From the IMG/VR virus record IMGVR_UViG_3300050016_000047, positions 1 through 64,000 of that record: a stretch of 64,000 nucleotides of DNA, one strand, 5' to 3'. Position numbers and translations under genes: made by a program. Within the stretch, counting starts at the first letter, position 1. Each line of letters opens with the position of its first letter. The notes below the pieces were generated by a model. It was not told the DNA's origin. It searched no databases and saw only the letters and a program-made list of their open reading frames with translations. Positions 58,974-64,000 of this stretch are shown here, piece after piece. Source of the stretch: a virus.

Positions 58974-59706
58974 AGTAATTAAGGAGTCTCATGTCTGTAA
59001 CAGGAACATTTCAAGGTCAAATCTTAGGTAACGACTCTACCGTTGCTCCCGGTACACCACAAGTTCCCAAAGCCGTAAACGGTCAGTACACAGGAACCGT
59101 GACTGAGTTTGCGAATGCTCTGGTGGTAGGGACTTCTCCAGTCTCTTTGGGACTGTTGGCATCGCCCGCGCAATTTGTATACATAAAAAATATCTCCACC
59201 AGCACTCAAACCATAACCGTAACTTGGACTCCTAACGGCGGCTCTACAGCAACCATATTAGTTCTTCAGCCACTAGGTTTTATATTTTTCGTAGAACCGG
59301 ATGCGGTAAAAGGTATTTCAGCTTTAACTGTTACATCTTCTGCTTCAGCAGGTAGTATTGAATACTATATCGTCGGCTAGCTATTTAAAGGATAGAAAAT
59401 GAGCACACCTCAGATTGACCATTTACCGCCGCAAAATCTTTTAGACTTAGCTAGAAATGAATCCGCCATGACTGCGGTTCGTATTCGCGCGGCTGAGTTA
59501 CTTATAGACGGTGGCTACAAACAAGCAAACCATCCAGACATAGTTGATCTTGTTTGGACAATTAAGAATAATCGCGCACAGGGTAAAGACGAAAAACTCG
59601 AACCTTCTCCCGAAAAGTTTGTTCCCGCACCTAGTCCGGAAGGCGGACTGCGAGCAAGTGTAACTACCGAAAGTCTTCTTCAAGACAGTTTTAAGTTAGA
59701 GGAATA

Positions 59707-60324
59707 ATGAAAACTATTGTCTTGTACGCCGCGCGGCACGGTACGACTACTTTAAATCAGCAAAATTGCTTTCGCGGAAAGATAAACGTTCCTCTTGATA
59801 AAGACGGCATACGAGACGCACACAAACTCGCCTTCCTGTTTAAACCAATAGAAATGTCCGGAGTTATAGCTTCAGACAAAGAACGTTCCGCGCATACCGC
59901 AAGAATAATATGCTCAGAACAAGACCACACTCCGGTTCTAACAGACGCCTTACATCCTCTAGATGTTGGCATGTTTACAGGTAAACCCAAGGACGCTCAA
60001 ACTCGTGAAGAACTAGACTACTATATTAAACACCCGGACGAGAGTATTCCAGATGGCGAAAGTCTTAATGAGTTTAGAAATCGTGTTCGCCCAGCACTTC
60101 AGGAAGCAATGGAAATAGGTAACGCCAAAGGTTCTCCAATTTTACTAGTAGTTCATTCCAGTGTCATACACGAAATAGGAACGGCTATAAATGGAGATAA
60201 TGTTTCGTGTTTAGTAAAACCCGGAGGAGTTATTGCAGTATGCGTTGAGAACGGCGAGTTTCACGCAGAACCTATTTTTAAACCTAAAGAAGAAACTTCA
60301 AACACCGCAGATTCGATTAGTTAA
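59707..60324 (+). CDS. Histidine phosphatase (phosphoglycerate mutase family)
   Basis: RHGTT, SDKERSAHTA, PDGES, LLVVH. Confidence 0.9.
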   Translation: MKTIVLYAARHGTTTLNQQNCFRGKINVPLDKDGIRDAHKLAFLFKPIEMSGVIASDKERSAHTARIICSEQDHTPVLTDALHPLDVGMFTGKPKDAQTREELDYYIKHPDESIPDGESLNEFRNRVRPALQEAMEIGNAKGSPILLVVHSSVIHEIGTAINGDNVSCLVKPGGVIAVCVENGEFHAEPIFKPKEETSNTADSIS

Positions 60325-60412
60325 AAAATTTTTTAAAGTTTTAAGAAATCCTCCCGCTTAACGGGGAAAAGCTTACCACGTTTTAATACGAAACAAAAAG
60401 GAATAAAAAATC

Positions 60413-61081
60413 ATGGCAAATGCAAATACATTTACTAGTTTGAGCGGTGGAACCGGAGATAACCAGATTCCATCACAAACTCTAGCGGCTACAACAGAAA
60501 CAGAATTTCAGAAGACTACTGGTACTACCACAGCGGTAGCTGTTTTAAGTATTCCTCTAGGAACCGCTATAGCAGGTTCAGCTAGTCCTCAAAATCCGAG
60601 CGTTAACGCAGCTTTGATTGGAAGCACTGGCCGTTACTATGGACTACCGACGGGAGCTAGTCGCCCTTCTCATACAGCCACGGCTTTTGAAAGTCGCCCT
60701 TTCTTGGTTCGCATAACAGGTTTGGCAACGCCCGCGTCTGATGCTGGAAACACTCTAGCTGTTATTCTATACTTGGGTACAACTAAATCCGGTACTGCTA
60801 TTGGTACTACGGCTACGGTTGCTCAAGCTACAACTACAACTGCTAAACATTTCATTATGGAAGCACAGTTGATGTGGGATAGCACTTCCCAAGCTGTAAC
60901 AGGTCAGTACTGGTTTAGTCTACCCGGAACATCTGGAACAGTTTATAGCACTTGGAAGACTTTGGCGAGCGCCGGAAGTACAATCGCTTTAACTGGATTG
61001 AACTTCTGTGCTTCAGCTACTTGGGGCAACGCTGTTGGCGGAGTCGTAGCAGTCAAAGAGTTCTCAATCAGCGAACTATAA
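60413..61081 (+). CDS. Beta-rich putative virion protein, paralog of 35207..35743
   Basis: Shares motif blocks with 35207..35743. Confidence 0.5.
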   Translation: MANANTFTSLSGGTGDNQIPSQTLAATTETEFQKTTGTTTAVAVLSIPLGTAIAGSASPQNPSVNAALIGSTGRYYGLPTGASRPSHTATAFESRPFLVRITGLATPASDAGNTLAVILYLGTTKSGTAIGTTATVAQATTTTAKHFIMEAQLMWDSTSQAVTGQYWFSLPGTSGTVYSTWKTLASAGSTIALTGLNFCASATWGNAVGGVVAVKEFSISEL

Positions 61082-62397
61082 CGAACTGTAAAAAATAGAT
61101 ACAGTGAGGAATCATGTATTCTGAACCAATCCCAGTAGAAGCAACACCTTACGATCACGATACGCAGGAGTGTTTTAGCTGTCGTAGAATACTCCTGCTT
61201 AATCGTTTTCGTAACGACACATCCACAATTAGCGGTAAAAACATCCAGTGCGAAGAATGTTTGGCGGCACCGAGACTATCCACAAGAGAACATGTTAATA
61301 GATTAGAAGAACTTAATTATAGTTCTGAAGCTACTAGGGCACAACGATGGGGTCGTGACCAACTCGATTTCATGGACTCTCGCCCGCGAGTAGGCAAAGA
61401 ACTTCACCACAGTAAGTTTCTACAAAAACTATATAACATGGTCGGGCCTAACGGAACTAAGATTTACATTACCGAAGGAAACATTCTTGGAGACCTAAGT
61501 ATATTTAAACTGCTTGGCAGAGCACCCAAGGGCGAAAGGGATTTCGAATATCTCTGCTATATGCCTACAGGAATGCTCAGTGAGTACTCTATTATTGAGT
61601 TTGATAAGCGCGACATACCAATTAAAGAAGAACGTAGAGGATACCGAACAGTTCTTCTAAGACTAATCAAGGCCAGTGTAATCACAGAAGAACAATGCAG
61701 ACAAGAGTTTGGTGAAGCGGTTGGGCCAGCAAGCATTCCTTTTAATAGAGACTTGTATCGTTGGAGAAACAGAGAAGCATCCAAGTTTTAAAAAGTTTTA
61801 AATCATCCGTTAGTGGTTTCGGATTAAACCATATCAGGAGAATATATGACAAAAGAACTACTAGGAAACGAAGAAGAAGTAAAAACAAAGTCTGACAAGT
61901 CCGCCAAAGTGGAAATGACTATTGGCGACCTTGAAAAAATAGTTGGACAAATTAAAGACCAATCCGACGATAAGATGCAGAGTCTTGCCAAGATGATTGC
62001 AGACGCTCTTATCGAATCTAAGAAACCGTATGTCAGTCCGCAGCAACTAGAGAACGAAGAAACAATGCGTAAGAGTATGCGGGAGCAGCGCAAGCGTCTA
62101 GAGGAAGACCTAGAAGCTAGCAAAGCTACGTGCCCTCACATGCAGGGTAGTAACGCTCTAAGCGACGTTTCCGGACCTATGACAGCTATTGTTCAGCATC
62201 GTTTGGATACCGGCGAGGTTATTGGAATCTGTACAAACTGTATTCGCGTGTTCCGCCAAAACGACCCAGATTACCTAGAATGGATGCGTAAGAAATCAGG
62301 AAACAAAATGTCTTCTGCTGGTATTCGTATGTTCATGCGTCCAGCCGAAGTCATGGCCGCACGGTAAACTCGTCCGCAAAACGGACAAGCAGGTTAG

Positions 62398-63120
62398 ATG
62401 CCATCTTCTAATAATACTTTAGCAAGAACTATAAACTATGCTTCCGCCTGTGTCGGCCAAGTTCCGCTGGTCGGCATTGGCGGCAATGCAAACGAACCTG
62501 CTTTTTCCATAGCCGACTGGGTTCGTAACTTTATTTTAGCGCCTCCTTTTTCTTGGAGATGGAACAGACAAGTAAACTATATAACCACTACTATAGGTCA
62601 ACAAGATTATACACTACAGCAAGCTAACTTAGGCTGGCTGGAACAAGCTACTATTTTAGTAAATGGTCAAACACAACAACTAGAAGTTTGGCTAGACCTG
62701 TCCGAAGAAACGGTAAATAATCAGCCCGTTCGAATCGCAACTAGATTAGATGATACTGAGGGCAACATAACTTTTAGAATATCCCCGCCTCCAGACAAAG
62801 CTTATAAGATAACGATTACGTTTCAAAGAAGTTCGAGTCTGTTCCAAGCAACTACAGATACGTGGTCGCCGATCCCGGACTACCTATCCTATCTTTATAA
62901 TCAAGGTTTCTTAGCTAAGACCTACGAATATAGAAACGACGCGAGATTCGCACTAAGTATGCAGATGTTTGTACGTCAGGTTATAGCCGCGAATGCCGGA
63001 CTTACCGATTCGCAAGTTAACATCTTCTTAGGCGACAGGTTGAATACTCAAAGAGAAGCGCAGAACGCTACAGGTACTTCTAGTTCTGCTCAGGCTGGGA
63101 GAGGCTTCTTCAATGGCTAA
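62398..63120 (+). CDS. Putative head-tail adaptor / tail tubular protein
   Basis: FSWRWNR, TTIGQQDY, PPPDKAY, PIPDYL; position after the head genes. Confidence 0.55.
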   Translation: MPSSNNTLARTINYASACVGQVPLVGIGGNANEPAFSIADWVRNFILAPPFSWRWNRQVNYITTTIGQQDYTLQQANLGWLEQATILVNGQTQQLEVWLDLSEETVNNQPVRIATRLDDTEGNITFRISPPPDKAYKITITFQRSSSLFQATTDTWSPIPDYLSYLYNQGFLAKTYEYRNDARFALSMQMFVRQVIAANAGLTDSQVNIFLGDRLNTQREAQNATGTSSSAQAGRGFFNG

Positions 63121-63226
63121 AACATGTACTAAATGCGGTATCGAAAAAACCCCAGATGATATTACAAGACTTCAAGCGGCTACCGAGTTTTTAATAAAAC
63201 ATAGTGAAATTGGAGTGGGAGCATAA
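63113..63226 (+). pseudogene. Internally deleted endonuclease VII remnant
   Basis: MAKTCTKCGIEKT fused to PDDITRLQAATEFL, i.e. the N- and C-terminal ends of an EndoVII-type ORF. Confidence 0.55.
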
Positions 63227-63227
63227 A

Positions 63228-64000
63228 ATGGCGTCCACCTTTGCTCTTCAAGATATTGTCAACCAAATGCGCGCCTATCCAACTATCACTCCTATTCTCG
63301 GAGCCGGAGGATACACCCAGCAGCCCGCCTTGACTATTGCCAATGATGTTCTTCAAAAAATAATTGCCCAGAACTTTAATTGGAAGTGGAATCGAGCAAA
63401 TCTTGCGCCATTCCTAACGGTCGCATTGCAGCAAGACTATGTTACGAATGTCACTAACTTAGCTTGGATTGAACAAGGATGGCGCATAGATATAAATAAT
63501 CCAGCTACAGCAACTCCGGGCAATACTAATCCAGTGTTTGCCATGGAAGCTGTATCTGACTTAGCTAGAACCTATTTTCAAGGTACGCCTTTTAATTTAT
63601 CGTGGGTTCCTAACAGCATAGCTATAATGGGAACGTGGCAAGCGAATACTTTGTATCCGAACGGATTTAACCAAGTACAAACCCCTACTTCTCCTATACA
63701 ACAATTTATAGATGTTAACGGCAACATACTTTTCGTTACTACAAACGGTACAAGTGGCGGTTCGCAACCCGCTGCTGCGGCTAGCGCGGCTGCTGGTACA
63801 ACAGTAGTGGACAACACGGTTACTTGGACCGTAGCCGACCCTAACGGCGCTGCGATTCGATTAGCTCCTATGCCCGCGACTTCTGGAATCGTATGGAGTA
63901 TTTGTCCAGTCTATCAAAAGAAACCACCCATTCTTACAAGTCTACAAAACCTCTTAACCCCTCTTCCGGACGAATATTTATACTTGTTTCGTCAAGGATT
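63228..64000 (+). CDS. Second adaptor-like protein, paralog of 62398..63120; runs off the window
   Basis: GAGGYTQQPALTIANDV...FNWKWNR...LQQDY...LAWIEQ parallels GIGGNANEPAFSIADWV...FSWRWNR...GQQDY...LGWLEQ. Confidence 0.6.
   Translation, partial: MASTFALQDIVNQMRAYPTITPILGAGGYTQQPALTIANDVLQKIIAQNFNWKWNRANLAPFLTVALQQDYVTNVTNLAWIEQGWRIDINNPATATPGNTNPVFAMEAVSDLARTYFQGTPFNLSWVPNSIAIMGTWQANTLYPNGFNQVQTPTSPIQQFIDVNGNILFVTTNGTSGGSQPAAAASAAAGTTVVDNTVTWTVADPNGAAIRLAPMPATSGIVWSICPVYQKKPPILTSLQNLLTPLPDEYLYLFRQG

Larger units (their letters stand above)
298..62386. repeat. Dispersed 15-bp palindrome GTCCG-N5-CGGAC
   Basis: Perfect copies start at 1394, 2618, 7804, 9396, 10401, 10980, 12582, 15135, 18144, 20744, 21195, 23424, 23891, 29302, 31791, 32943, 35129, 49818, 52478, 55958 and 62372. 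Near-matches at 298, 10015, 11099, 19020, 19899, 27462, 31303, 44069 and 51734. Confidence 0.95.

Noticed and set aside
298-62386. Palindromic repeats as a CRISPR array or REP elements
   Set aside because: The copies are 15 bp, irregularly dispersed and mostly intragenic. There is no repeat-spacer periodicity and no cas operon.
1-64000. Stop-codon reassignment
   Set aside because: Conserved genes are full length in the standard code, TAA, TAG and TGA all end genes, and no suppressor tRNA was seen.

Overview
A 64-kb segment of a tailed dsDNA bacteriophage genome in the standard genetic code. Several accessory proteins tentatively suggest an Acidobacteria-like Gram-negative host. The left arm (1-31.5 kb, mostly minus strand) carries replication, recombination and nucleotide-metabolism genes: an initiator with iterons, DNA methyltransferase, dCMP deaminase, SSB, ERF, class II RNR, ThyX, family A polymerase, RtcB, a tyrosine recombinase, tRNAs and early genes. 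After a largely non-coding switch region (31.5-32.6 kb), the right arm (plus strand) carries tRNAs, a block of secreted or fibre-like proteins, terminase large subunit, portal, scaffold, major capsid protein and further virion genes. Two things stand out. (1) The major capsid gene can be rebuilt from five exons separated by three full group I introns and one 47-nt intervening sequence. That short sequence has group I splice-site helices (P1 with a U.G pair, P10, terminal G) but no catalytic core, so it is a candidate coreless mini-intron spliced by a neighbouring ribozyme. (2) A 15-bp palindrome, GTCCG-N5-CGGAC, occurs at least 21 times perfectly (about 30 with near-matches), mostly inside coding sequence. 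Also notable are a miniature PEP-CTERM lipoprotein, a PPDK/PEP-synthase-like phosphotransferase next to a CX5R phosphatase, atypical tRNAs, and a probable ATT start for the polymerase. All calls come from motif reading by eye; no database searches were run.
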